59,759 nt of DNA from NCBI GenBank assembly GCA_964514975.1, contig CAZESS010000014.1:1-59759 (forward strand), given 5' to 3'. This document shows positions 36,368-46,225 of this stretch, in pieces (positions within the stretch are counted from its first letter, which is position 1; the number at the start of each line of letters is the position of its first letter). This DNA comes from an uncultured Thermoplasmatales archaeon. Its GTDB lineage: Archaea > Thermoplasmatota > E2 > UBA202 > DSCA01. A program made the translations under genes and the position numbers. The notes under the pieces were generated by a model. That model saw only the letters and a program-made list of their open reading frames with translations, was not told where the DNA came from and did no database searches.

Positions 36368-37285
36368 ATGAAGGTCTGCCTGGGCGGCACGTTCAGCATC
36401 ATCCACGCCGGCCACAAGGCGCTGCTCCAGCGCGCCTGCACGGAGGGCGACGAGGTCATCGTCGGGCTGACAAGCGATCGGCTCACCCGGCAGCGCGGCA
36501 AAACGGTTCCATCATATGAAACGCGGAAACAGCGCCTGCAGTCGTTCGCCCGGCAGGTGTGCGGCAGAACGGTTGACATCGTGCCGCTCGAGGATGAATA
36601 CGGGCCGGCGGCCACTGGAGCCTGCGACGGCATCGTCGTCTCCCCTGAAACGGCTGCCATAGCAGAAAAAATAAACGACATCCGCCGCAGCAACGACATC
36701 GCACCGCTCCACATCTACGTCGTGCCATATGTGCTCGCCGACGACGGCATCCCGGTCAGCTCGTCCCGCATCGACCGGGGAGAAATAGAAAACGGGCACC
36801 GCATCATCCCGCTCCACGTCGCCGTGGGAACATCCAGCGAGCTGAAACACGCGGCAGCCGAGCATGCATTCCAGCAGCTCTACAGCCACCTGGGCATCCA
36901 GTGCAGCGCCGCCGAGGCGCCGTCCATGGAGTCCCCAACCGACGAGCAGACATGGCAGGGGGCACGCCAGCGGGCGAAGCACTGCATCGGCGGCGCCGAC
37001 TACGGCGTCGGCATCGAGGCGGGCATCGTCACCCGGCAGGACAGGGCGATGCTCGAGCATGTCTGCGCCATGGTGGACAGCGCCGGCTACCTGACCTGGG
37101 GAACCGCTCCCGCCTTCATGCTGCCGGCCGGGATGACCGAAAACGGAATGGACATCGCCGACCTGGTACCGGACGGCCATGCCAGCCTGGCGGAGTACCT
37201 CTCCAGCGGAACAGTTACACGGGAGCATCTCGTGGAGGAGGCAGTCACCATGGCGCTGCTGCCGCGGCTGCACGGCAGGCACTAA
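36368..37285 (+). CDS. coaD: Phosphopantetheine adenylyltransferase fused to a DUF84/YjjX ITPase-like domain
   Basis: GGTF...H.GH..LL, GLTSD, D.YGP, VS.ET, IN..R, SSSRI; then VAVG...K, GA..RA, GVGIEAG. Confidence 0.85.
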   Translation: MKVCLGGTFSIIHAGHKALLQRACTEGDEVIVGLTSDRLTRQRGKTVPSYETRKQRLQSFARQVCGRTVDIVPLEDEYGPAATGACDGIVVSPETAAIAEKINDIRRSNDIAPLHIYVVPYVLADDGIPVSSSRIDRGEIENGHRIIPLHVAVGTSSELKHAAAEHAFQQLYSHLGIQCSAAEAPSMESPTDEQTWQGARQRAKHCIGGADYGVGIEAGIVTRQDRAMLEHVCAMVDSAGYLTWGTAPAFMLPAGMTENGMDIADLVPDGHASLAEYLSSGTVTREHLVEEAVTMALLPRLHGRH

Positions 37286-37322
37286 CTTTTTATGTCGCCG
37301 CCATATTCCAGTTTGACCTGCT

Positions 37323-37406
37323 GCGGGGATGGCCCAGCCTGGTAAGGCGCAGGATTGCTAATCCTGTGGGCGTTAGCCCTCGCGAGTTCGAATCTCGCTC
37401 CCCGCG
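37323..37406 (+). tRNA. tRNA-Ser (anticodon GCT)
   Basis: Acceptor stem GCGGGGA/TCCCCGC, anticodon arm CAGGA-TTGCTAA-TCCTG, long variable arm GGGC/GCCC, T-arm GCGAG-TTCGAAT-CTCGC, discriminator G; no intron, CCA not encoded. Confidence 0.96.
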
Positions 37407-37474
37407 CTCCCATTTTTTGTCCGGCGTGTTACCAGGGTGAAGAAAGCATTTAAACCACCTGGCGTTGTCCGTCC

Positions 37475-38923
37475 ATGCAATCACGTGTCCTGTTGAAGGG
37501 TCTCGCATGCATGATGGTAGCGGTGCTGTTTGTTGTACCCGCGGCGCATGACCTGTTCGCCGATGTGGAACAGGTGCACTATGTCTCCGTTGGGGAGATG
37601 CAGGGCCGGGGGCGTGGCTGTATTTCCATCGACGCCTACGACGTTGAGATAGCAGCCAATGGAATCGATGTCCCTGGTGCCGGGACGGCGCCGCCGGCAT
37701 GGGACTGGCGGGATGCCTCGCTGGACAACGTGTCCGGAGACTGGATGACCACGGTGAAATCGCAGGGCGCATGTGGCAGCTGCTGGGGGTTCGCCGCGCT
37801 GGGCGCGCTGGAGGCCATGGTGAACATTCGGGCGGGCAGCCCGTCCGTCGACGTTGACCTGTCGGAGCAGTATCTGCTCTCCTGCCCCAATGGCGGCGGC
37901 TGCAGCGGATGGAACGCCTGGTGGGCCTACCGGTACCTCCGGGATAACGGGGGCGCTATAACCGAGAGCTGTTTCCCCTATGAAGCGGATGACCGTGTTC
38001 CCTGCTCGGATAAATGCGACGGCTGGCGGGACACCCTGTTTCCTGTCACGGGGTATGACGGGATGCGGACGCCGCCGCGGCAGGAAATAAAGGCTGCGCT
38101 GGTCGAGCATGGCCCGCTGGTCGCGGAGATGGCGGTGATGGAGGGCTTCGGCGGCTACACCGGCGGCGTGTACGAGCATCCCGGGAAGGAATCCGCCCGG
38201 GATATCAACCATCAGGTGGTCATCGTTGGCTATGATGACATGCAGGGCTGCTGGATCGTCCGGAACAGCTGGGGGGAGAACTGGGGTGAAAACGGGTATT
38301 TCAGGATCGCCTACGGCGACTGCATGATGGAGCATTTTCTCATCGCCGTGGACACGTCTCCGCTCATCGCGCGGGCCGGCGGCCCCTACATCGCCGATGT
38401 CGGCCAGCCCGTCGCCTTCGACGGCCGGGAGAGCATCAGCTCCGGCGCGCAGATTGTCTCCTATATGTGGGATTTCGGTGACGGCAGCAGCGGCACCGGG
38501 GCAACGGTCTCCCATGTCTATGACGAGGAGGGAACCTATCATGTACGGCTTACCATTACCGACAGCACGGGGGACAGCGCATCGGATACCACCAGGGTAT
38601 CCGTCGACGGGAGCGCCCCCGCGGTCAACATCACCCGGCCACGACATCGGAGTTTTTATTTCTTCGACGAGGAAAGCCAGATTCCGCTGGGCGTCGTCAT
38701 TATCGGCAGGGTCACCGTGGAGGCAACGGCCGCTGATACGCTGTCGGGTCTCGACAGGCTTGAATGGTATCTGGACGGCGAGCGCATGACGTCGACGCCG
38801 GAGGCATCGTTCAGGCAGGAGTGGACGGACGCCGGGTTCGGCCTGCATCTGCTCGAGGCACGTGCGTACGATGACGCGGGCAACATGGGCACGGACAAAA
38901 TGTGGGTGTTCACCTGGATGTAA
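37475..38923 (+). CDS. Exported papain-family (C1A) cysteine peptidase with PKD and Ig-like domains
   Basis: WDWR, Q..CGSCW.F, LSEQ, NH.V..VGY, W..RNSWG..WG..GY; WDFGDG PKD; AYD.AGN terminal Ig. Confidence 0.92.
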   Translation: MQSRVLLKGLACMMVAVLFVVPAAHDLFADVEQVHYVSVGEMQGRGRGCISIDAYDVEIAANGIDVPGAGTAPPAWDWRDASLDNVSGDWMTTVKSQGACGSCWGFAALGALEAMVNIRAGSPSVDVDLSEQYLLSCPNGGGCSGWNAWWAYRYLRDNGGAITESCFPYEADDRVPCSDKCDGWRDTLFPVTGYDGMRTPPRQEIKAALVEHGPLVAEMAVMEGFGGYTGGVYEHPGKESARDINHQVVIVGYDDMQGCWIVRNSWGENWGENGYFRIAYGDCMMEHFLIAVDTSPLIARAGGPYIADVGQPVAFDGRESISSGAQIVSYMWDFGDGSSGTGATVSHVYDEEGTYHVRLTITDSTGDSASDTTRVSVDGSAPAVNITRPRHRSFYFFDEESQIPLGVVIIGRVTVEATAADTLSGLDRLEWYLDGERMTSTPEASFRQEWTDAGFGLHLLEARAYDDAGNMGTDKMWVFTWM

Positions 38924-38990
38924 CCGGAATGCCGCTGCGTGCCGGCACGGGACATTTTTTAAAACCGCCCGGTGTTGCAGACCTGACACC

Positions 38991-40325
38991 ATGAACGGCA
39001 GAGGCACCACCCGGCTGCTGCTCGGACTTGCTCTGGCAGCGCTGCTGACCGCGCCGTCCCTGGGCATGGATGCGATGTTGCCGCTCTCCGGGAGCGAGCA
39101 TGCCGTGGATGCTCCGGCGCATGGCGGATGGCTCGAAACCCGCGGCGACGTGTCCGTGTTGCATCTCAACGGCTCCTATTACGAGATGGGGTATCAGCAC
39201 GGCATGCTGCTCGACGAGCGTATCGCCATCGCGATGCGGGCGCAGCTCGACGCCTTCGAATCGCATGGCTACAGCTATGACGACATCCTCGCGGTGTGGC
39301 ATGTTATGCAGCCGTATCTGCCCGGCTGCTACCTGGAGGAAATGCAGGGGATGGCGGACGGCTCCTCGCTGTCATTTGAGCAGGTAGCCGTGCTGAACAC
39401 GATGCCGGCGCTGTTCAACCACATGATATCCTGCTGCGAGATGTCGCTCTGGGGAAACGCGACCGCGTCCGGTGACCTCTATCACGTCCGGAGCTTTGAC
39501 TGGTCGCTCGACGTCGCCGACCCGGAGACGAGGACGCCCCTGCAGGACACTCTGGTCGTGATGGTGCGCGATCCCGCCAGTGCACATGCGTCATTGTACC
39601 CCGAGTTCGCGGGCAACATCGGCTGCTGGAGCGGGTTCAACGAAAAAGGTATCGCCATTGGCGAGGATACCTGCCTGACCAACGACACCACGTTCCAGGG
39701 CATCAGCGCCTTCTTCCGGATGCGGATGGTGCTCGACCGGGCGGACAGCGCCGACGAAGCAGTCGACATCATGACGGGCAACCGGACGTGCGGCTGGAAC
39801 TTCGTCATCTCTGATGCAGGCAAGCCGGCGGGCTACGCCCTCGAGCAGACCGCGAACATTTCCTATGTCGGCACTTGGGACAGCGAGATGGAGGGCGTGG
39901 CGCCGTTCTGGCGGATAGAGGACGTGGTGCGGCGGACGCCGATGTTTGTCACGCCTGCATGCGCCGAGGTGGAGCTCGACCGGGTGCGCTATGACCCGAG
40001 CGGCCCCCTGAGCTTTTTCTGGGCGCTCTCCGGCAAAACCTCCATGTTTGTTCCCTGGACGCATTACCGTGCGCTGAGCGAGGAGGTCGAGCGCCGCTAT
40101 GGCACGCTTGACCTGAACGGGACGATGGACCTGCTGCGTGACGAGTACACCGGAAAGACTGACCTCGTGTTTGGCGTGGCGGTCCGGGTGAGCGACATCT
40201 ACCGGTCGCTGTTCCAGTGGGTGGCCTGCCCGTCCACCGGTGAGATGGTGGTGTCGTTCGCCGGTGAGGATACCCGCGCCTGTTCTATGCCGGTGCATTA
40301 TTTCCGGCTTGACATGCTGCTGTAA
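38991..40325 (+). CDS. Exported peptidase C45-like (Ntn-hydrolase) proenzyme
   Basis: Signal peptide; L.GS.YEMG.QHG, EE..G.A.G, C....WG.AT..G.....R..DW, G.NE.G. Confidence 0.8.
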   Translation: MNGRGTTRLLLGLALAALLTAPSLGMDAMLPLSGSEHAVDAPAHGGWLETRGDVSVLHLNGSYYEMGYQHGMLLDERIAIAMRAQLDAFESHGYSYDDILAVWHVMQPYLPGCYLEEMQGMADGSSLSFEQVAVLNTMPALFNHMISCCEMSLWGNATASGDLYHVRSFDWSLDVADPETRTPLQDTLVVMVRDPASAHASLYPEFAGNIGCWSGFNEKGIAIGEDTCLTNDTTFQGISAFFRMRMVLDRADSADEAVDIMTGNRTCGWNFVISDAGKPAGYALEQTANISYVGTWDSEMEGVAPFWRIEDVVRRTPMFVTPACAEVELDRVRYDPSGPLSFFWALSGKTSMFVPWTHYRALSEEVERRYGTLDLNGTMDLLRDEYTGKTDLVFGVAVRVSDIYRSLFQWVACPSTGEMVVSFAGEDTRACSMPVHYFRLDMLL

Positions 40326-40330
40326 CGTGG

Positions 40331-40945
40331 TTATCTGAAAAGCGCGAGCAGTTCCGCCGGCGTGTGGACGAGATGGTCTGGCGCTGCCCGGCGGAGACGC
40401 TGCATGGTGTGCCACCCCCAGGTGACCGCGATGGTGACGACGTTGGCTTTTGTGCCCTCGCGGATGTCGCCGACGGTGTCGCCGATGTAGTAGCAGGTGG
40501 CGTGGTGCTGCCGGCGGAGATACTGGAGCTTTGCCTGTTTGCTGGGCTCACAGTCGGAGCCGAGGATGTCGGTGAAGCAGTCCATGTCATATGTTTCGAG
40601 GAAATGCCGGACCACCTGGGTGTCGTTCGAGGTTACAACGGCCAGGATGCTGGTTTCGGCGAGCTCGTGCACCACGTCCCGGATGCCAGGGAAGGGCTCG
40701 ATGGCGTCCTGTTCCTGTATGATGCCGTCTCGCACCGTGAGGACGATGCGGAGTATCTGGTCGCGGGACAGCCCCTGCTGCGTCATGCGCTCGTAGAGGT
40801 TGCCGTCGAACAGGGACAGGAAGTCATGTTCGCTGCTGATGCTGTCGATGTTTTCCTCCTGGCATGCCATGAGAAAATAGCGCTTGAAAACGGCGTAGCT
40901 GTCGACGAGGACGCCGTCGTAGTCGAACGCCAGCACACGGGTCAT
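40331..40945 (-). CDS. HAD-family hydrolase
   Basis: FDYDG.LVDS, TSN, K, YIGDT.GDI.EG, VTWG.H. Confidence 0.88.
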   Translation of the reverse strand: MTRVLAFDYDGVLVDSYAVFKRYFLMACQEENIDSISSEHDFLSLFDGNLYERMTQQGLSRDQILRIVLTVRDGIIQEQDAIEPFPGIRDVVHELAETSILAVVTSNDTQVVRHFLETYDMDCFTDILGSDCEPSKQAKLQYLRRQHHATCYYIGDTVGDIREGTKANVVTIAVTWGWHTMQRLRRAAPDHLVHTPAELLALFR

Positions 40946-41026
40946 GCAGGTATATCGACGGGCATATATATCTTGGCACTCGCTGGAAACAGTAACCTTT
41001 TTACCTACCCTGCATTATGGCGATAG

Positions 41027-41965
41027 ATGGCTGTCGCATCGGTTCCGGGAAAGATCATTCTGCTCGGCGAGCACGGGGTTATCTACGGGCAGCCCTGCCT
41101 CTCGACGGCGATCGACCTCCGCGTCGGCGTGGAGATGCGGCCCGGGGAGGTGCACGAGGTCAACGGGTATCCCCTGGACGGCTACCGGCATACCTACATC
41201 AAGCATGCCATCGAGACCCTGTGGAACGGGCCGCCATTGCAGACGACGACGTTTTCCAATCTTCCCTCGGCCAGCGGGCTTGGCTCCTCGGCAGCCATTA
41301 CAACGGCGTCGGTTGCCTGCATCCTCAGCCTCAGCAACGATTTTTCACATGAAATGGTGGCGCGGCGGAGCTTCGACGTCGAATACGAGGTGCAGGACGG
41401 CGGCAGCCCCAACGACACCTCGGCCTGCACTCACGGCGGCGCTATCTTGCTCGCCCGGGAGCGCCGGGACGGCTTCCTCTGGAAGATAAGCCGGGATGAG
41501 AAAACCTGGTATGTCCACGAGGTCGACATCCCCGCCATGCGGGACGTGCACATCGTGGTCGGCATGACCGGCATCAAGTCGAAGACGCCGCGGCAGGTCA
41601 AAAAGGTCCGGCGCTTCGTCACCCATTCCGGGTTCGGCCGGGAGCTCACCGAGCGCATCGGGGAGCTGGTCATCGAGGGCATCGAGGCATTGCAGCGGCG
41701 TGACTATGTCGCCCTGGGGGAGACGATGAACGAGGCACAGAAAAACCTGCATACCCTGGGCGCGAGCTCCGATGCGCTGGAAAAGCTGATTGCGGCGGCG
41801 CGGCGGGCGGGCGCCTATGGAGCCAAGCTGACGGGTGCCGGGGGCGGCGGGAGCATCATCGCGCTGACCGATGAGCCGGAGCGTGTCGCCATCGCGATTG
41901 AGAAGGCCGGCGGGCGGGCGCTGGTGACCTCGGTGTCGGACGACGGCGTCAAGATGTGGGAGTAA
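41027..41965 (+). CDS. mvk: Mevalonate kinase (GHMP kinase)
   Basis: PGK.IL.GEH.V.YG, P..SGLGSSAA, S..DT, GAKLTGAGGGG. Confidence 0.9.
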   Translation: MAVASVPGKIILLGEHGVIYGQPCLSTAIDLRVGVEMRPGEVHEVNGYPLDGYRHTYIKHAIETLWNGPPLQTTTFSNLPSASGLGSSAAITTASVACILSLSNDFSHEMVARRSFDVEYEVQDGGSPNDTSACTHGGAILLARERRDGFLWKISRDEKTWYVHEVDIPAMRDVHIVVGMTGIKSKTPRQVKKVRRFVTHSGFGRELTERIGELVIEGIEALQRRDYVALGETMNEAQKNLHTLGASSDALEKLIAAARRAGAYGAKLTGAGGGGSIIALTDEPERVAIAIEKAGGRALVTSVSDDGVKMWE

Positions 41966-41974
41966 CCGTTTTTG

Positions 41975-43120
41975 TTACCGCAGTGAATGGAACACGAGCC
42001 CGGTAAGCAGCTTGGGGTCGAACCATGTTGACTTTGGCGGCATGTTGCGCCCTGCGTCGGCGACGGCTTCGAGGTCGCTGACGCTCGTGGGATGGAGGTA
42101 GAACACGGCGTCGTTGCCCTCATTGTCGACCAGGCGCTCGTAGTGGCTGCGTGGCAGGTCGCCGCCCTCGAAAAAGATGTTCGGGTCGCTGCGGACGTCG
42201 GTGATATCGAGCACGGGCTCGAGGAGATGGTTTTGCAGGATGCTGACATCGAGCGATGCGACGAGGTCGTCGGGTATCTCGCGGGGCAGGAGCTGCCACC
42301 ATGCACCCCGGTAGTAGAGCTGTATCTCGTGTTCGTCGGGCTCCCCGGGGGTGTCGAGCCGCGTGACCGTGAAATGCTGCTCGATGTCCTCGATGAAGGT
42401 GTCGCTGTCCACGTCGCGTATCACCCGGTTGTAGGGAAGGATGCGCATTTCGTCGTCGCTGGCCACGAACAGCATGACATACCCTGCTTCTGTTTCGTCA
42501 TGGCTCCGGCTATATTCGTAGGCCGCCCGGATGCGATGATGGCCGTCGGCGATGTAGAGCGGCAGGTCTCTGAACGCATCGCGGATGATCTCGATGAGGG
42601 TGCTGTCGGACAGGCGCCACAGGGTGTGCCGGTAGCCGTATTTGTCGAAATCGGCGACGGGCTCATCTTTGGCCGTCTGGTCCATCAGCTGTTTGAGCGT
42701 GTCGCTGCTGCGGAACACCGTCCAGACGAGGCCCGTGTTGGCCCGGGTGGCCTCGATGTGGCGAATGCGGTCTTCCAGCGGCTTTTCCCGCGTTTCCTCA
42801 TGTTTTTTTATCGCGCCGGCTGCGTAGTCCTCGAGCGAGGCGGTGAGGATGAAGCCGCGCTGCGTGAAAGTTTCGCTGCTTTCCCGGTAGAGATAGATGG
42901 ATGGCTCATCCCGGGTCATGTCCTGCATCGCCTGCTGGAATGCCCGGCGGGCGTTTTCGTAGACCTCGTCGCCATTTCCCTCGGGGAGGATGATGTGGAT
43001 GGCGCTGTCACCCTGCCTGAGCTCCCGGAGCTCTTTGTCGCCGATGACGTCGTAGGGCCGGATGCAAAAGGACGCCGGGTCCGTTGGCCTGATGCCTTCG
43101 AATGGTTTTATGTCGACCAT
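41975..43120 (-). CDS. DUF1015-family protein
   Basis: I.PF.G.RP, PYDVI, IKKHE.T, YIADGHHR, MPPKSTWF.PKL..GL. Confidence 0.88.
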   Translation of the reverse strand: MVDIKPFEGIRPTDPASFCIRPYDVIGDKELRELRQGDSAIHIILPEGNGDEVYENARRAFQQAMQDMTRDEPSIYLYRESSETFTQRGFILTASLEDYAAGAIKKHEETREKPLEDRIRHIEATRANTGLVWTVFRSSDTLKQLMDQTAKDEPVADFDKYGYRHTLWRLSDSTLIEIIRDAFRDLPLYIADGHHRIRAAYEYSRSHDETEAGYVMLFVASDDEMRILPYNRVIRDVDSDTFIEDIEQHFTVTRLDTPGEPDEHEIQLYYRGAWWQLLPREIPDDLVASLDVSILQNHLLEPVLDITDVRSDPNIFFEGGDLPRSHYERLVDNEGNDAVFYLHPTSVSDLEAVADAGRNMPPKSTWFDPKLLTGLVFHSLR

Positions 43121-43205
43121 GGTGTTCACCAGTGCACCCTGATGGCGCAGGCGTTTAAAAACCTATGGCGGAAGCGATAAAAAACGGTGCGGGATGGGAT
43201 GATGC

Positions 43206-44042
43206 ATGGTGCTCAACGTGTTCGACCCCTGGAACAGCAGCCGGTGCACCTGCCCGCCGAAGTACTCGTTTTGCGCCTATACCGGGTGCCCGCACGGATG
43301 CCTGTACTGCTACATCACCGCCTACGTTCCCCGTCCCTTCGAGGCACGTGCCAAGGAAAACGTGCTCCGGCGGCTCGCCCGGGCGCTCCACGGCGCCGAC
43401 CGGGGGCGCTATGTCAGCATGGCGAACAGCTCCGACCCATATCCGCCGGTGGAGCGAGAGATGGAGCTCACGAGGCAATGCTTAGAGCTGTTCCGCGAGC
43501 GGGGGATGCCGGTGCTGGTTGTCACCAAGTCGGACCTGGTTGCCCGTGATGCGGCGCTGCTCGCCGACATGCGGGCGGCGGTCAGCATGACGGTGACGTC
43601 GCTCCGGGAGGACATGGCTGCACGTGTCGAGGCGGGTGCGCCGTCGCCGGGCCGGCGGCTGGAGGCGCTCCGCGAGCTGGCCGATGCGGGTGTCCCGTGT
43701 TCGGTGCGGCTCGACCCCGTCATCCCCGGGGTGAACGATGATGAAATCGAGGATGTCGTAGCGGCGGTGGCCCCGCTGTGCCGGCATGTGGTCTCGTCGA
43801 CGGTGAAGCCCCGGAGCGATGGGCTGCAGCGGCTGGGTGAGGCGCTGCCCGGGGTGATGGAGGAGCTACGGTTTGTCAGGCGGGGGAACACGTACTGGCT
43901 GCCGGTGGAGCAGCGGCGGCGGCTGATGCGCCGGGTGAGCAGCGCATGCGAAAAACATGGGCTAACATGGGCCACCTGCCGGGAGGGGTTCGCCATTGAT
44001 GCGCCGTCCTGCGATGGCGGTCACCTGATATCCATGAGATAA
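43206..44042 (+). CDS. Radical SAM protein (SPL-like archaeal family)
   Basis: CTCP.KY, CxxxCxxC (CPHGCLYC), SSDPYP..E, TKS, R.DP..P, C.EG...CDG. Confidence 0.88.
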   Translation: MVLNVFDPWNSSRCTCPPKYSFCAYTGCPHGCLYCYITAYVPRPFEARAKENVLRRLARALHGADRGRYVSMANSSDPYPPVEREMELTRQCLELFRERGMPVLVVTKSDLVARDAALLADMRAAVSMTVTSLREDMAARVEAGAPSPGRRLEALRELADAGVPCSVRLDPVIPGVNDDEIEDVVAAVAPLCRHVVSSTVKPRSDGLQRLGEALPGVMEELRFVRRGNTYWLPVEQRRRLMRRVSSACEKHGLTWATCREGFAIDAPSCDGGHLISMR

Positions 44043-44115
44043 AAGGCTGCAAGCAGTGTGCCAGCATCTCCCCGAAAAAATCGACAGGTTAATAAGGAAC
44101 CTGCCACATGTAGTT

Positions 44116-44195
44116 GTGAGGGGATTGGGAAGACCGGATAGTGTTTATGCCTCCACCACCCATATTTTCTCTTTTTGGTCTTCCCCCCTCTTTTT
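44116..44195 (+). ncRNA. Candidate small RNA: long terminal stem with C/U-rich loop, U-tract terminated
   Basis: GAGGGG-ATT-GGGAAGACC pairs with GGTCTTCCC-CCCTC, followed by TTTTT; TTAATAA lies 20 nt upstream in otherwise non-coding DNA. Confidence 0.45.
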
Positions 44196-44284
44196 GGCCA
44201 GAAACATCGCCCGCTATATAACCGTGTCGATTTTTTGTCGGCCGGCTCGAAAAACACTTATGCCCGCGGGCGTATGCAGTCTGC

Positions 44285-45571
44285 ATGAAACTGAAACTCG
44301 TCATCGTTGGCTGCGGGGCCGCCGGGGCGACGGCAGCCCAGTTCGCCCGGAAACAGAACCGGAACATCGACATCGTCGTGCTTGAAAAGGGCCCATATCC
44401 GCAGTACTCGAAATGCGCGCTTCCCTGGGTGATATCCGGCGAGCTCGAGCCCGAGGACACCATCGAGTTCAGCCGGGAATGGTTCGACAGGGCCGGCATC
44501 GACCTCCGCCTCGACACGGCGGTCACCGACATCGACTACGACAGCAAAACGGTGCACGTGGACAACGGCAACGAAACATATGACCGGCTCATCCTGGCCA
44601 CGGGCGCCTCGCCCTGGTCGCCGGTCGACCTGCACGGCAACGCGTTTTTCCTCCGCACGCTCGACGACGCAGCAGCCGTCAAGGAACATGCCACGGCGGG
44701 CAGCACCGCCGTCGTGGTCGGCGCCGGGCTCATCGGGCTCGAGGCCGCGGAGGCGCTCCGCGAGCGGGACGTCGACGTTACCGTCATCGAGTATCTGCCC
44801 GACCTGCTGCTCACCATGCTGGACGAGGACATGGCCCGCACGGCCCGACATGGCATGCCTGATGACATCTCTTTCCGGTTCGACAGCGCGGTGACCGCCA
44901 TCGAGCAGGGCCATCCCATGCAGGTTTCGATGGAACATGACGGCGACATGGAAACAACCGAGGCTGACTTCGTGCTCGTCGCCACCGGCAACCGGCCCAA
45001 CATTGGGCTGGCCGAAACCATCGCCGACCGGGCCATCCCGGTGGACGAGCGCTGCCGGACGAGCGCCCCGGAGGTCTACGCGGTCGGTGACTGCACCATG
45101 TACAGGGATATTGCGGGCTCAGATGTCGTCGTCGGGCTGGGAAGCACCGCGGTGCGGCAGGCCGTGGTCGCCGGCCGGAACGCCGCCGGCGGCGACGCCG
45201 TGATGCCGCCGCTGCTGAACGCCCGGACCACCCGGCTGTTCGGCATGGAAATCGCCGCGGTTGGCCCCACGAGCAACAAGCTTCCATCATCGCCCGTCAC
45301 CGGAAAGTTCACGGGGAGCACCCTGCCCGAGTACATGAACGGCGAGGAGTTGCTGATCAAGGTACTCGCCGACAGCGATGGACGGCTGATGGGTGCGCAG
45401 GCCATCGGGCCGGGGGCGACACAGCATGTCAACCGCTTCGCGGTGGCCATCCAGCATGGGCTGACGCTGGAGCAGTTCGCGGACGTGGAAACCGCGTATG
45501 CGCCGCTGGTGGCCCCGGTGTTCGACGCCTCGACGGTGGCCTGTAACATCGCCCGGCGCCGGATACGGTAA
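44285..45571 (+). CDS. FAD-dependent pyridine nucleotide-disulfide oxidoreductase (CoA-disulfide reductase/NADH oxidase type)
   Basis: G.GAAG..AA, YS.C.LP redox Cys, LILATG, G.G.IGLE, YA.GDC, AYAP. Confidence 0.9.
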   Translation: MKLKLVIVGCGAAGATAAQFARKQNRNIDIVVLEKGPYPQYSKCALPWVISGELEPEDTIEFSREWFDRAGIDLRLDTAVTDIDYDSKTVHVDNGNETYDRLILATGASPWSPVDLHGNAFFLRTLDDAAAVKEHATAGSTAVVVGAGLIGLEAAEALRERDVDVTVIEYLPDLLLTMLDEDMARTARHGMPDDISFRFDSAVTAIEQGHPMQVSMEHDGDMETTEADFVLVATGNRPNIGLAETIADRAIPVDERCRTSAPEVYAVGDCTMYRDIAGSDVVVGLGSTAVRQAVVAGRNAAGGDAVMPPLLNARTTRLFGMEIAAVGPTSNKLPSSPVTGKFTGSTLPEYMNGEELLIKVLADSDGRLMGAQAIGPGATQHVNRFAVAIQHGLTLEQFADVETAYAPLVAPVFDASTVACNIARRRIR

Positions 45572-45573
45572 CC

Positions 45574-46224
45574 ATGGAGCAGCTCTTTCCCGGCGTCTAC
45601 CGGCATGACGGCCGGCTGTACACCCGAAACCTGCATCCCGGGGTGGCGGTGTACGGCGAGCGCCTTCGCTCCATCAATGGCAGCGAATACCGCTCGTGGA
45701 ATCCCTACAAGAGCAAGCTGGCGGCCGCCGTCATGAACGGGCTCGAGGAGGTCCCGCTAACCAAGGGCGGCAGGGTGCTGTATCTCGGGGCGGCAACCGG
45801 CACCACCGTCTCACATGTATCAGACATCGCCTCCCCAGGCATGGTCTACGCGGTCGAGAAATCCGAGGAGGCAATGCGGAAGCTGGTGGCGCTCAGCCGC
45901 CGGCGGGACAACGTCGTGCCCATCCTGGGTGATGCCCGTCATCCGCGATGTTACATGCATTATCTCGACGGTCTGCCCGGCCTTGTCTACCAGGATATAT
46001 CACAGCAGGACCAGGTCGACATTTTTTTGAAAAACATGGCATGTTTTGCCCCGCCGCATGGTCTGCTCATGGTGAAAGCCCGGAGCATCGACGTTGCTGC
46101 ATCGCCGCATGAGGTTTTCGCTGCGGTGCGGCAGCGCATCGAAAAACAGTATGTCATCCGTCAGCAGATATCCCTGTCGCCGTATTCCCGGGACCACGTG
46201 GCGCTGCACGTCAGTGACGGCTAG
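45574..46224 (+). CDS. flpA: Fibrillarin-like rRNA/tRNA 2'-O-methyltransferase
   Basis: VYGE, EYR.WNP..SKLAAA, VLYLGAA.GTTVSHVSD, YAVE, DA..P, QD..Q..Q, KA.SID, L.PY..DH. Confidence 0.95.
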   Translation: MEQLFPGVYRHDGRLYTRNLHPGVAVYGERLRSINGSEYRSWNPYKSKLAAAVMNGLEEVPLTKGGRVLYLGAATGTTVSHVSDIASPGMVYAVEKSEEAMRKLVALSRRRDNVVPILGDARHPRCYMHYLDGLPGLVYQDISQQDQVDIFLKNMACFAPPHGLLMVKARSIDVAASPHEVFAAVRQRIEKQYVIRQQISLSPYSRDHVALHVSDG

Positions 46225-46225
46225 C

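Noticed and set aside
37323-37475. tRNA-Ser as an integration site for an island
   Set aside because: No integrase and no duplicated tRNA 3' end seen; downstream genes are host-like
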